Under the pieces are notes generated by a model. It had not been told where the DNA came from, did not search any database, and worked only from the letters and a program-made list of their open reading frames with translations. A program made the position numbers and the translations under genes. DNA of 64,000 bases from Escherichia phage BF17, in sequence record MW822008.1; one strand, 5' to 3'. The number at the start of each line of letters is the position of its first letter. Within the stretch, counting starts at the first letter, position 1. Positions 51,415 through 60,838 of the stretch are shown piece by piece.

Positions 51415-51979
51415 TTTTATTAAAAGTGTAGTACACCCTATGCTTAGTATTATGAAAAAAATACAGAATCTACCGGAAGATAACGATTACAAGTTTAATC
51501 GTTTTGATTCAGATGTGTTTTGTATTGAAATTGAAATTAATAACAATCGCAATTTACATTTAAAATTCAAAGAATCGTCAAGTCCGTACTACAACTTTGA
51601 TATGAATTTTAAAATAGATACTGACATTGAAGAAAACGTAATATCAAATCATACTAGCAAAAATGGTTTTATGCATAGAACTACTATGTACAATAATAAA
51701 AATAGTATTATATCTAAATGGAATCATCAATTCACTAAAATTTGTGAAATTGAATATAGTGATTTTGGTGAAGAGAATTACTTTCAGTTAAGTACAATTC
51801 ATGAACTTCCACCGTATGATTATGTTAAAACATGGTTTGATATTCATAATATAATTGATGATGCAATCAAACTTCCATTTGGTGTGTCAATATCATATAC
51901 TGCTCCTAAAACATTTGTTTTTACTGAAGATATGATTATGAAAAAGATATGGGCAATTATCCCACTTATGATGGATTAA
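51398..51979 (+). CDS. family B paralog (EENYFQLSTIHE)
   Basis: ORF track. Confidence 0.65.
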   Translation: MKITNDFIKSVVHPMLSIMKKIQNLPEDNDYKFNRFDSDVFCIEIEINNNRNLHLKFKESSSPYYNFDMNFKIDTDIEENVISNHTSKNGFMHRTTMYNNKNSIISKWNHQFTKICEIEYSDFGEENYFQLSTIHELPPYDYVKTWFDIHNIIDDAIKLPFGVSISYTAPKTFVFTEDMIMKKIWAIIPLMMD

Positions 51980-51983
51980 ATTC

Positions 51984-52011
51984 GTACCAGGGGTTGACTC
52001 TGGTATTTTTG
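51984..52011 (+). terminator. Terminator hairpin overlapping a TTGACT -35 box
   Basis: ACCAGgggttgactCTGGT then T-run; RBS AAAGGAG downstream. Confidence 0.55.
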
Positions 52012-52040
52012 TATGATACATTGTCCTAAAGGAGAATTTT

Positions 52041-52592
52041 ATGAACTACAATCATGATCTTTTTACATTATGTGCATCCAAATGTGTTGATGGATGGACA
52101 GATAAAATCAATACCATAATTCATCGATATCTGGTCTTTAGTTCTCGTGCACGAAGTGAGGGGGCTATGGATTTCAAATATACACTATCTATTGATGGTG
52201 TAACTATCCATGCAGACGAAGAACGTCTGAGCATTAATTTGTATGATTCCTGTGTATTTGCTATTCACCAAAAGATGGGGAAAGGATGGGGTTGTAATAA
52301 CATTAACTCAAAAGCTATCTTTTGGGTTGGTCACCACCAGACAGTACTTGATCCTTCAATCAAATCTAATCTTTTATCCGATAATATGGTTTATGATTTA
52401 TTGTACTCCGAAGAACAACATTTTCAGTTAAGTACATTACATGATCTGGCACAGTACGAGGATTGTTACAAAACATTAGAACTATGCCATTCCCTTGAAC
52501 TTAAAGATAAATTGATACAAGTTTACCCTTCATTCTTTCATGAAGAAGTACAAAGTACACTAGATCATATTTTATATGGATACGATAAATGA
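52041..52592 (+). CDS. family B paralog (EEQHFQLSTLHD)
   Basis: RBS AAAGGAG. Confidence 0.65.
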   Translation: MNYNHDLFTLCASKCVDGWTDKINTIIHRYLVFSSRARSEGAMDFKYTLSIDGVTIHADEERLSINLYDSCVFAIHQKMGKGWGCNNINSKAIFWVGHHQTVLDPSIKSNLLSDNMVYDLLYSEEQHFQLSTLHDLAQYEDCYKTLELCHSLELKDKLIQVYPSFFHEEVQSTLDHILYGYDK

Positions 52593-53191
52593 GAAAAAGT
52601 TATCAAGAAGCTATTGACTTAATTCGTGAAGTTATCAAGGTGGCTCCTGCTGCTATTGAGTTCAAGAAGTCCATATACAAGAAGTATGGTTCAATGTCGA
52701 GTATGTGCTTTCAAAAGAAACGTAGAGCATTCACTACCCAGTACTGGAATGATTCTATCATCCTGAGCAATGAGACTCAGCGTATTTTAACACTAGAATC
52801 TGAACCTAATGAGTACGGGGAAGGGAACATTTGTGTACCTGATTATGATGAAATTAACTTCAACTGCGGTGATTTTGAAACAACATTATTACTTCATGAG
52901 GGTTATCCAGAAGGTGATGTATTAGCTGAGTACAATCCAAAAACTAAAATTCTCAAAAGAGGAATCCAGTTCACTATTAATAACAAAGATGATGTTCAAG
53001 CAGCACTGATGCAACTGAGTACAAGTGAACCTATCACTATTAGTGTAGAAGAGTTATGGGGAATTATTTCAGTACTCAATGAGTGCTACAAAGTAAAATC
53101 ATTGCGTAAACACAGCATTATATTACATACCAATATGGCAAATATAAAATGTAAGCACATTCAAGAAATGGTGGTTCCAGATGGACTTTAA
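52589..53191 (+). CDS. family B-like paralog (QAALMQLSTSEP)
   Basis: ATGA overlap. Confidence 0.55.
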   Translation: MRKSYQEAIDLIREVIKVAPAAIEFKKSIYKKYGSMSSMCFQKKRRAFTTQYWNDSIILSNETQRILTLESEPNEYGEGNICVPDYDEINFNCGDFETTLLLHEGYPEGDVLAEYNPKTKILKRGIQFTINNKDDVQAALMQLSTSEPITISVEELWGIISVLNECYKVKSLRKHSIILHTNMANIKCKHIQEMVVPDGL

Positions 53192-53765
53192 AGAAATTGA
53201 AAGTAAATTAAAGTACTTCAAAGATATCAAACTTCTTTGGAAAAAGTATAAAGTTGATTACAATTTCAGTGATGATGAGACAATAAAATACATTGAGATT
53301 AATATCAAAATCAAGTTCAAGAATAATAATTATGGTGAAGTAACCTTAAATCATACTGGTATATCACTCAAGGACTATGATGGTACAACACTCGCATATT
53401 TTGACTTCACACCAGAACCAGGTGAAACACTACTTAGTGAGATAAATTCCTATGACATGGAAGTGTTCGGCGGGAATCCGTTACTGTTCCGACTTTCTGA
53501 AGAGTGGAGTGAAGAGTACTACACTTACAAAGATGGTGTAGTACTTGATATTCATGGAGAAGTTGTGAATGACTTGGAAGAACGTTTGTTCCAAGAATTG
53601 TGTGTTTCAAATACTTCATATGCATACAATCATATCCTTGACATGTTTGATTTATATAGTAAAATAGATGCTGAAATGAAGGCACATGGTATTCATTACC
53701 TTACAATTAACGACTATGCTCAACTCGAAACCGCTGTGAAAGCATTGACTAAAGTACTGAAATAG
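53181..53765 (+). CDS. family B-like paralog (EERLFQELCVSN)
   Basis: ORF track. Confidence 0.55.
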   Translation: MDFKEIESKLKYFKDIKLLWKKYKVDYNFSDDETIKYIEINIKIKFKNNNYGEVTLNHTGISLKDYDGTTLAYFDFTPEPGETLLSEINSYDMEVFGGNPLLFRLSEEWSEEYYTYKDGVVLDIHGEVVNDLEERLFQELCVSNTSYAYNHILDMFDLYSKIDAEMKAHGIHYLTINDYAQLETAVKALTKVLK

Positions 53766-53774
53766 GAATGAAAT

Positions 53775-54188
53775 ATGAAACTGTATCATGCGAGTACTGT
53801 AAAAATTGATAACTTTTATATCCCGTATGGTGGTCTTCATATGGGAGGTAAACACAGTGCTTTGGAAGCTGCATTACGCAAGCTGAGAAGCCCACTGAAC
53901 GTAGTAGACGCATGTACAGTATACTTGCATACCTTAGAAGTTGATGTTGATAACGTGCTTCTGTGTGAAGATTTAGGCAGTGATGATGAGTGGCGTTCAC
54001 TTATTGAGAATTGCACTGCTCAAGGTTATGATGCTGTTCAGTACAAAAATGATTACGAGCCAGACAATGTTCCTAGCTTTATGATTTGGGATGCATCTAA
54101 AGTTCGCATCATTGAAGTTGATGCTATGCATATGGATGAAGCTGAAATGATTATCGAAGATTTTCTTGATGAATATGAAGGTGTATAA
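53775..54188 (+). CDS. hypothetical protein (137 aa), not a family A/B member
   Basis: ORF track; RBS AGGAA. Confidence 0.6.
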   Translation: MKLYHASTVKIDNFYIPYGGLHMGGKHSALEAALRKLRSPLNVVDACTVYLHTLEVDVDNVLLCEDLGSDDEWRSLIENCTAQGYDAVQYKNDYEPDNVPSFMIWDASKVRIIEVDAMHMDEAEMIIEDFLDEYEGV

Positions 54189-54724
54189 TGTCTGAACCGA
54201 TGGTAGCACTGGCACGTACAAAATTACTATTAAAGATTGGTGAGATTTTTACGGTTCTTCTGTCCAATAATATTGATATCACTGAGCTAGATATTAAGCA
54301 ACCGTGGGAAGTGACTATGTTCTCGGCGTTCCACCGATTGTCATATAAAGGTGAAAGTGTTCTTGATTTTAACCCTAAAGCAAAATTCATAGATTATGCT
54401 GCGTTGTACAGAGAGTTGCACAGAAATATTTATTCCGGTTGTATAACCAATAACTTCAAAGAAATTAAAGTTCAAACTGCATCACATGAGTTCAATGATT
54501 TACTTTATCCAGAATTTAATCTAACGGAAGAATTACTCTTTCAGTACTCGTTAATTCTCACAAATCTCGAAACACTAGAGTTCTACAAAGAGTTAGTAGA
54601 TATTTTTATGAATACACGACTTTCAAAAGATATTGTGATATTCTGGTATACAGAGCATGTTACGGAGGAATTGCTTACTGAATTTCTTCTAAATATGACA
54701 GCTATAAAGGAGAAGTTATGTTAG
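54188..54724 (+). CDS. family B paralog (EELLFQYSLILT)
   Basis: ORF track. Confidence 0.65.
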   Translation: MSEPMVALARTKLLLKIGEIFTVLLSNNIDITELDIKQPWEVTMFSAFHRLSYKGESVLDFNPKAKFIDYAALYRELHRNIYSGCITNNFKEIKVQTASHEFNDLLYPEFNLTEELLFQYSLILTNLETLEFYKELVDIFMNTRLSKDIVIFWYTEHVTEELLTEFLLNMTAIKEKLC

Positions 54725-55191
54725 ATATTTTAGGAAACATCGATACTGCAAATTATTTTATCCAGGACGCACTGTTCAATACAGTTCAACAAGGATTAGA
54801 AGTTCGTCATAACGTTTACCAAGGTGATGGTTATTTCGTTGATATTGTTGAGGCACGAAAGAATACGTTTAATGTTAACATTACAACACTGGGTAGACAG
54901 AACATTGCACGAATTTTAGTAAGTAAAGATGAAATTGTATTGAGATACAGTGCTAAGTTTATGTTGACTTATAAGAAAAAAACTGATATGTTCAGTACTA
55001 ATTTATTTGATGAGCCATTTGACCTTGAAGATATTGAAGCTACTTTCTTTACTCAAAGTACTATGGTAAAATACACTGATGTTCAATTTTCTGCTGATGT
55101 AATGTCAGAAACATTACAAATGATCAAGGTATTATTTTATGCATTTGAGCAATTTAGAGAAGAAAGAAACAAGGTTAACAACCACAGATGA
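54718..55191 (+). CDS. family B-like paralog (EATFFTQSTMV)
   Basis: ORF track. Confidence 0.55.
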   Translation: MLDILGNIDTANYFIQDALFNTVQQGLEVRHNVYQGDGYFVDIVEARKNTFNVNITTLGRQNIARILVSKDEIVLRYSAKFMLTYKKKTDMFSTNLFDEPFDLEDIEATFFTQSTMVKYTDVQFSADVMSETLQMIKVLFYAFEQFREERNKVNNHR

Positions 55192-55552
55192 ACTAATAGA
55201 GGCGATGACTAAGGAGTCAAAATACCACAAAGGGATTCGTCTATATTTTATAGATATTGGTTCAATGGAAGGCATATACATTTATGGTTCACAATCTTTA
55301 TCTTATGATGTAATGCCAAAAAAACATGTAAAAATCTTTTTAGGTTCAAATAAAAAAACTTTCTTGACAATTAATGATAAAAACGTTATTATGAATTCGT
55401 TGGGTCATGATAAGGTGGAAATTGATCTAAACACACTGGAGGATATTGATTTTTTTCAATACGAGTGTTTAGGTGTTGACTTACATGGCATTAGTAGCGA
55501 TATGATAAAATCATTAATCAAATATTTCGAAGGTGTTCATAAATGTATCTAA
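55139..55552 (+). CDS. family B-like paralog (IDFFQYECLGVD)
   Basis: ORF track; true start may be ATG 55205. Confidence 0.5.
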   Translation: MHLSNLEKKETRLTTTDELIEAMTKESKYHKGIRLYFIDIGSMEGIYIYGSQSLSYDVMPKKHVKIFLGSNKKTFLTINDKNVIMNSLGHDKVEIDLNTLEDIDFFQYECLGVDLHGISSDMIKSLIKYFEGVHKCI

Positions 55553-56040
55553 CTAAATCAATGAAAAATTCATTTGATAAAATCAAGAGTTGTCTTGATG
55601 GGGAAAATATTACAAGTGTTACACAAACTGCTGACCAAATTCAAAGCAGTTCAAGTGATTGTACTGTTATTTTAGGTTTACATAGTCTACGTTTATCAAT
55701 AGTAAATAATATTGACAACACTGCTATTGTAATCACACCATGCCATATTCAAAATGAGAATGGTGTATATCTTCATCACATGGGAACAGTATTTCATATT
55801 TTCAATACAAACGAAAACATTGTTAAGGAATACAATACTCTTAATATTGATTCAGGTGAATTATTTCAAATGAGTACTTTGTACTCATGTAATTTTACAG
55901 ATACTTCATGTATTTTGCCATTTTTCTTGGAAATTATTAAGAAAATGGAAAATTTAAAACGTGAATACAATAAAGAAATGGTTCCTGAAGCTATATTAAA
56001 TATTACTAATGCTATAGAGAAGTATAATGCAGTGACTTAA
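55543..56040 (+). CDS. family B paralog (SGELFQMSTLYS)
   Basis: ORF track. Confidence 0.65.
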   Translation: MYLTKSMKNSFDKIKSCLDGENITSVTQTADQIQSSSSDCTVILGLHSLRLSIVNNIDNTAIVITPCHIQNENGVYLHHMGTVFHIFNTNENIVKEYNTLNIDSGELFQMSTLYSCNFTDTSCILPFFLEIIKKMENLKREYNKEMVPEAILNITNAIEKYNAVT

Positions 56041-56082
56041 TAAAAACGCACATGGAGTGCATTAGAAGATCAAGGATAGATC

Positions 56083-56556
56083 ATGGAGATTAAAACTGTT
56101 GAAAATGGGAAAATTGATGACATTTTAGAGTTGGACGCATTCAAAGTTCATGATATAATGTTTAATGTGAAGGACATTATTCAATGTCTATTTTTGTGTA
56201 GCAAGACAATGCATGATTTTTTTCACAACCCAAATACTAACGTTTTTATACTAACAATCAGTACTGAAAACTCGTTTATCATGGGTATGCCTATGAGTAC
56301 AAATGAACAATATATTGATTGTGTTATTCGTAATAACGATAGTATTACGCCACAATCTGAAGTACGTAAAAAGAAAAACACCTACACAATCAAAGATGAT
56401 AAAATTATGATGTGCTGTAGTAAAGGGTTTATATTAGATAATTTTATCGTAAAAGACAGTTATCACGACTTTAAAGTATCTGAAAATCAATCCAATGTAG
56501 TTCTTTATGCGAGTGACATAGAAAGTCTAACAGTTAAAGATCCTAGTTTGGAGTAA
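56083..56556 (+). CDS. hypothetical protein (157 aa)
   Basis: ORF track. Confidence 0.6.
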   Translation: MEIKTVENGKIDDILELDAFKVHDIMFNVKDIIQCLFLCSKTMHDFFHNPNTNVFILTISTENSFIMGMPMSTNEQYIDCVIRNNDSITPQSEVRKKKNTYTIKDDKIMMCCSKGFILDNFIVKDSYHDFKVSENQSNVVLYASDIESLTVKDPSLE

Positions 56557-56558
56557 TT

Positions 56559-56690
56559 ATGTCGAAGAAAGTTAACAATTTCGTACAGAAACACATGAAT
56601 GAGTTTAATAAACCTCAGACACATGTGGATCGTAAAAAAGAAATGAAAAATGGTAAAGTAAAACACAAGTCGAGATTTATTCTCGACTAA
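56559..56690 (+). CDS. small basic protein (43 aa), below ORF-track cutoff
   Basis: hand-translated MSKKVNNFVQKHMNEFNKPQTHVDRKKEMKNGKVKHKSRFILD; RBS GGAG; terminator overlaps 3' end. Confidence 0.4.
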   Translation: MSKKVNNFVQKHMNEFNKPQTHVDRKKEMKNGKVKHKSRFILD

Positions 56691-56697
56691 TTTTTTG
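56668..56697 (+). terminator. Rho-independent terminator
   Basis: hairpin GTCGAGAtttatTCTCGAC then TTTTTTG. Confidence 0.7.
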
Positions 56698-56719
56698 TCT
56701 AAATTTATGAGGATTGTAT

Positions 56720-57568
56720 ATGTTAGACATTTCAGATTTTCTTAATTTTAAAAAGTATTCAGTACTTGAACATATCAACGAATTTCTGAATTCTACTACA
56801 CCATTTGGTATCAGTACATCAGATGCATACGATGGATATACAATCTTCCCATACAATGACTTTCAAATTTCCGTCAAAAAAGGTATTACAAAAGAAGTTG
56901 CAATTCGTGATGTAGTAATGTATAGCGATTCTTCTATTTCTTACTGTCATGATGTGAACAAGTTTGAATCTCTTGCAACACCTAATTGTTCATACTACAA
57001 ATCCCATGACACGATGATGTATAAAGAACAACATATCAATGGTGTTTCGTTCTATAAAACTAGCAGTGATAAATCATATACATCTAGAGATGATTTTGGA
57101 AAATACACATGTACTATGCACACGGATAATGAAAAAACAAATTACACTCATTCATTCGAGTCCAAATTCCAAGAGAGTGAAGTTTCAAATATCACTATAC
57201 AAGAACAGGTTTCAGAAGGCATTGTATATCGTAGCACTGCATTCTTTCGCATGAAAGATATTGCCACAGGCAGACCAATGATGTACAATATTGATATATA
57301 CATGAAAGGTGATATATCCGAAGTAGTGATTAGTACTGGTTATCGTGAAAAATATACAGTTACAATGGAATCACCAGATGCATCATTAGTTCACCTCTTT
57401 AACAATTTATATACATTCCAATTCGAACTTAGTTTCGATCCAAATGAATATCAAATATTTGATATATTAAAAAGTAATATTATTAATAAGTTAGAATATT
57501 ACTACAAGTTAGGTGGTAAGATGTGCATAGTTAATACTATGTTACATAACATAAAAGAAACATTATAA
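56720..57568 (+). CDS. hypothetical protein (282 aa)
   Basis: ATG 56720 with RBS GAGGA; track start 56714 is TTG. Confidence 0.7.
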   Translation: MLDISDFLNFKKYSVLEHINEFLNSTTPFGISTSDAYDGYTIFPYNDFQISVKKGITKEVAIRDVVMYSDSSISYCHDVNKFESLATPNCSYYKSHDTMMYKEQHINGVSFYKTSSDKSYTSRDDFGKYTCTMHTDNEKTNYTHSFESKFQESEVSNITIQEQVSEGIVYRSTAFFRMKDIATGRPMMYNIDIYMKGDISEVVISTGYREKYTVTMESPDASLVHLFNNLYTFQFELSFDPNEYQIFDILKSNIINKLEYYYKLGGKMCIVNTMLHNIKETL

Positions 57569-57584
57569 ATCTGGAGGATTTGGT

Positions 57585-57878
57585 ATGGATACTAAATTCA
57601 AAATTATTTTTAAAACTAAGCCGTATATTCCACATACAGCAGAACGTTTTATACCACATGGTGCTGAGGAAATTATTCACCAAGATGGTACTAAGTTATA
57701 CCTTGTTCCTTGTTCTTATGAACGTGCAGTAGAAATGTTACTAATGAATGCTAGACTATGCAAAAACAAGTACATTAGTTACCTATACAATGAACATATT
57801 TTAGATTTCAATGATGAAAATATGTTCATTCTAGCAATCGAGGATTTTGATAACTGGTACAATATTATTAAAATCTAA
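57585..57878 (+). CDS. hypothetical protein (97 aa)
   Basis: RBS GGAGGA. Confidence 0.7.
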   Translation: MDTKFKIIFKTKPYIPHTAERFIPHGAEEIIHQDGTKLYLVPCSYERAVEMLLMNARLCKNKYISYLYNEHILDFNDENMFILAIEDFDNWYNIIKI

Positions 57879-57888
57879 TGAAAATAAT

Positions 57889-57935
57889 GTGAACATATTA
57901 GATTCTTGTGATATAATGTTCACATCTTTTTTTGA
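57889..57935 (+). promoter_or_regulatory. Inverted repeat GTGAACAT...ATGTTCAC with T-run, enclosing extended -10 promoter motif GATTCTTGTGATATAAT
   Basis: TATAAT 57913-57918; same motif as 44868-44885. Confidence 0.55.
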
Positions 57936-57949
57936 TAACGGAGATATAG

Positions 57950-58336
57950 ATGAATACAAGTTCAATCCTAAAAGCAATTGGTGGTGTTTTACTCATTGAA
58001 GTAAAAGGTGAGCCAAAGCTATGCTGTTTAGAAGATATGAAGAATACAAAACACTTCAGTACTGGTCAGATTTTCAATGCCATTCGTATTCTAAATGACA
58101 AATCCATTGCTGATTATGGAAAAGTTTGGCCTGTATATCAAAATGCTGATGGTGATATCAGTACTGATTGGAAAACAATTGAGGCGGTACGACAAAGTTG
58201 TGAGAGTGATTGGGACTTCATTGTTGAAGTTTGTGATCAACTACAAGAAGATGTTCCAGAAATTGTCGAACGAAAAGAAGTCCTAGCACGACTTGAAAAA
58301 TTCCGTCACGGAACACTACAGTATAACACAATCTAA
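57950..58336 (+). CDS. hypothetical protein (128 aa)
   Basis: ORF track; RBS GGAG. Confidence 0.7.
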   Translation: MNTSSILKAIGGVLLIEVKGEPKLCCLEDMKNTKHFSTGQIFNAIRILNDKSIADYGKVWPVYQNADGDISTDWKTIEAVRQSCESDWDFIVEVCDQLQEDVPEIVERKEVLARLEKFRHGTLQYNTI

Positions 58337-58385
58337 TCTGCTTATTAAAAATATCTAATTAACATTATATAAAAGGAATTTAAAA

Positions 58386-58691
58386 ATGGAAGACAATGGA
58401 ATGAAATTTGATATGTTTGAAGGTGTACCAGAGTTCGATTTCAACAAACTTGAAGAAGGTGAGGAATCAGAACTAGTCAGTGTTACACTTAAAGCAGATT
58501 CTAAGAAGAAATATTCATCAGCAGTACGTTCACGTTCACAAGAAGAATACGAAACATTTATTGAAAGTATTCATTATGAAACATTCCATCATGCAGATGG
58601 AACTCCATATGAAGTACGTGTAACAGTACTGAAGCCTGAAGTAAATCCAATGGAAAATCTACGTCCTGTTTACTGCTGGGCAAGTCACTAA
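58386..58691 (+). CDS. hypothetical acidic protein (101 aa)
   Basis: RBS AAAGGAA. Confidence 0.7.
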   Translation: MEDNGMKFDMFEGVPEFDFNKLEEGEESELVSVTLKADSKKKYSSAVRSRSQEEYETFIESIHYETFHHADGTPYEVRVTVLKPEVNPMENLRPVYCWASH

Positions 58692-58696
58692 TAAAC

Positions 58697-58733
58697 CAAA
58701 GGACGGGATTTGTTATCTCGTCCTTTTTTTGTC
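58697..58733 (+). terminator. Rho-independent terminator
   Basis: hairpin AAAGGACGggatttgttatctCGTCCTTT then TTTTTT. Confidence 0.7.
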
Positions 58734-58742
58734 TGGAGATGT

Positions 58743-59597
58743 ATGAAACTTTATCTAATCGTTGACTACAATAAGGATTATGCTGGTAACTTCACCGAAG
58801 ATTCGGATGGATATTGCACATCGACTAATGTCAATGTACGTAGCAGTAGTGCTCATGAACATGAATCTTGTAAAAATCTAAAAGATTTTATCGCATACCG
58901 AGCATTTGAAAAGAACTTCTGCCGCAGTAGATATTCGAAGTTTGAGTACCCGTTAATTGATGTTCCTGATGATTTAATGTTCCAGTTAATGCTAACTGGA
59001 GTTCAAGATTATGATTACATAGCATATAATCATATTACTAAGAAAATTTATATTGGTACATCATCACATGACACTTCTATGTATGCATCATGCCCAGATG
59101 ATCGAATGAATGATAGAAAATCATACTATAGTGGATCAGTTGGTTTAAATGATTCATTAAATGAAAATTTATTCTTTGAGTATGTTTATGATTACCATCA
59201 TGAGAAAAAAGAACGTGAAGATTACTGTATAGCAATTGATAGTACTAATGGGTATGAAGACGTGAAAGAAGCACTTATGCCGTACATTATTGAAAAGTAC
59301 TACAAAGATTTTCAGTACTGTAGTAATTTTCTAATCAGAAATTCTATTATAATCGGTCGCCAATCTAGTGCATACTCTCAGTACTATAATGATTCACCAG
59401 TAGCATCGGCAAATGAAATGTGTGATATTTTACAAATTCCACGTGAAGATATGGCATTCATTTTTACATCTTTTATTGAAGATGATGAGTTGTATATTAA
59501 AAATAAACACCGTTTCATGCCAAGCAAGATTGAGGTTATTCGAAGTTTTAGTGTTGATATACTAACAAATTTCACAGAAAAAACCGAATATAACTGA
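58743..59597 (+). CDS. hypothetical protein (284 aa)
   Basis: ATG 58743 with RBS GGAG; track start 58710 lies in terminator. Confidence 0.7.
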   Translation: MKLYLIVDYNKDYAGNFTEDSDGYCTSTNVNVRSSSAHEHESCKNLKDFIAYRAFEKNFCRSRYSKFEYPLIDVPDDLMFQLMLTGVQDYDYIAYNHITKKIYIGTSSHDTSMYASCPDDRMNDRKSYYSGSVGLNDSLNENLFFEYVYDYHHEKKEREDYCIAIDSTNGYEDVKEALMPYIIEKYYKDFQYCSNFLIRNSIIIGRQSSAYSQYYNDSPVASANEMCDILQIPREDMAFIFTSFIEDDELYIKNKHRFMPSKIEVIRSFSVDILTNFTEKTEYN

Positions 59598-59625
59598 GAC
59601 AAATGATAAGTTAATGATATAATAT

Positions 59626-59661
59626 AAGGTGACAACATAATATGTTAGTCACCTTTTTTTA
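59626..59661 (+). terminator. Rho-independent terminator
   Basis: hairpin AGGTGACaacataatatgttAGTCACCT then TTTTTTT. Confidence 0.75.
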
Positions 59662-60200
59662 ATCCTGAAAGGTTCCCATAAGGAAATGATTAAAAGCCTA
59701 ATCCACTCGAAAATGTAGAGGGTAGATGAGTAGTCCTTTCAGTACGAACAGCAGATGAAACCCGTTAGATGATGGCATAGTTTGAACCACTCACGGCAAT
59801 GCGGCTGTATAAAGAACTCCAATAGGATAAAGAGAGTTCCTCGATAGACATATAAGGATCGCACCTTACCAATTATCTAAGGGAGATTTCATAAGAAATA
59901 TGCGGTCGGAATTATACAATATAGTTGCGTCCAAATTTTGTGAAATCAAATACAAGTACTGGTCATATGGTATTTGTATTATGTGTCGGGATGTTTAAGA
60001 CCGACGACCGTTGCTACAAGAACCGCGATAGAGAGAAACAGAGCAACCCGCTTTCGTCTCGTAAGAGAATTCGTGATATGAACTATGTGAAGGCCACCAG
60101 CGTCAAACTTTTTTGTTCTTTCCCCTGCGGGGGGGATGAAATATGCTCAAGCAAACCCCGTCAATATTAATTAAAAGAAAATAGTACTTGTAGAATTAGA
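59662..60200. other. ORF-poor, relatively GC-rich intergenic region; candidate structured RNA or replication/recombination site
   Basis: no ORF with RBS; long-range complementary segments (GACGACCGTTGC / GCAACCCGCTTTCGTC); CCACCAGC 60094-60101; CCCCTGCGGGGGGG hairpin. Confidence 0.35.
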
Positions 60201-60279
60201 CATGCGTAGCATGGTAATTCTACTGATGTTGATGAAATCAACGTCACGTATATTCATTGATGTTTCCATAGGAATAATG

Positions 60280-60822
60280 ATGGCATTTATTAGAAAAGAA
60301 AAAACTGTTACTTATAAAACTTTGAATTTTGATGATTGCATTAATCAATCACAAGACGAAGATATCTTTACTGGATATGTGGTTATTAAAGAAAAAGGAT
60401 GCATTTCTTATATAAAGGAATTGCAAAATGGAATTGAAGTGACTTCAGTTAAATTACTTCCTACTCAAAAACCAACAATATCAAAAGCCCAGTATGGTAA
60501 TTATTTTGAAGAAAGATATAGTAATAATTCAATAAGTGTTAAGGCTCATATTATTAAAGGAGAACTAGAAGGAGAATATAGAAAATACAACCCACAAGGA
60601 AAATGTGTTTGGGTTAAATACTTCAATTCAGGATATGATGTAACATCTGAAATTATAGAGTTCTTAGGTTTAAAATGTACCCCTGAGACTATTCACGATT
60701 ATAAGTTCAATACTGAAGAAGAGTTTAATCTGATGATGCGTTACGGTTCACATTTTAAATTTTTATATGAATATAACATTGACAGTAGTACTTTTGATAA
60801 GATAGTACACAACTGTCTCTAA
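60280..60822 (+). CDS. hypothetical protein (about 180 aa)
   Basis: ATG 60280 (or 60277) with RBS AGGA; track start 60202 lacks RBS. Confidence 0.6.
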   Translation: MAFIRKEKTVTYKTLNFDDCINQSQDEDIFTGYVVIKEKGCISYIKELQNGIEVTSVKLLPTQKPTISKAQYGNYFEERYSNNSISVKAHIIKGELEGEYRKYNPQGKCVWVKYFNSGYDVTSEIIEFLGLKCTPETIHDYKFNTEEEFNLMMRYGSHFKFLYEYNIDSSTFDKIVHNCL

Positions 60823-60838
60823 CAAAAGGAATTATATA

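Noticed and set aside
21175-56040. Regular tandem periodicity (about 200-500 bp units) that could superficially suggest a CRISPR array or satellite repeat
   Set aside because: Units are protein-coding paralogs with RBS and start/stop overlaps; there are no short identical direct repeats with unique spacers.
23220-59638. Minus-strand and internal + strand ORFs within the arrays (e.g. 23220..23411 -, 24632..24910 -, 27890..28258 -, 29008..29217 +, 31103..31309 +, 38368..38820 -, 39281..39526 +, 39769..39960 +, 44979..45185 +, 49440..49628 +, 52243..52431 +, 53434..54390 -, 57039..57254 +, 58095..58286 +, 59384..59638 -)
   Set aside because: They are embedded out of frame or antisense inside paralog-family genes; AT-rich sequence yields long spurious ORFs.
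59925-60170. 81-aa + strand ORF in the GC-rich intergenic region
   Set aside because: No RBS or promoter, TTG-type start, composition unlike neighbouring genes; more likely part of a structured non-coding region.
59662-60200. Possible tRNA or group I intron in the structured intergenic region
   Set aside because: No cloverleaf with a GTTCRANYC T-loop or 3' CCA context found by eye, and no split gene or homing-endonuclease ORF; kept only as a generic ncRNA candidate.
60280-60822. MORN/YwqK-like repeat assignment for the 60280 protein
   Set aside because: A single weak G-x-Y-rich segment (KGELEGEYRKYNPQGKCVWVKYFNSGY) is insufficient; left as hypothetical.
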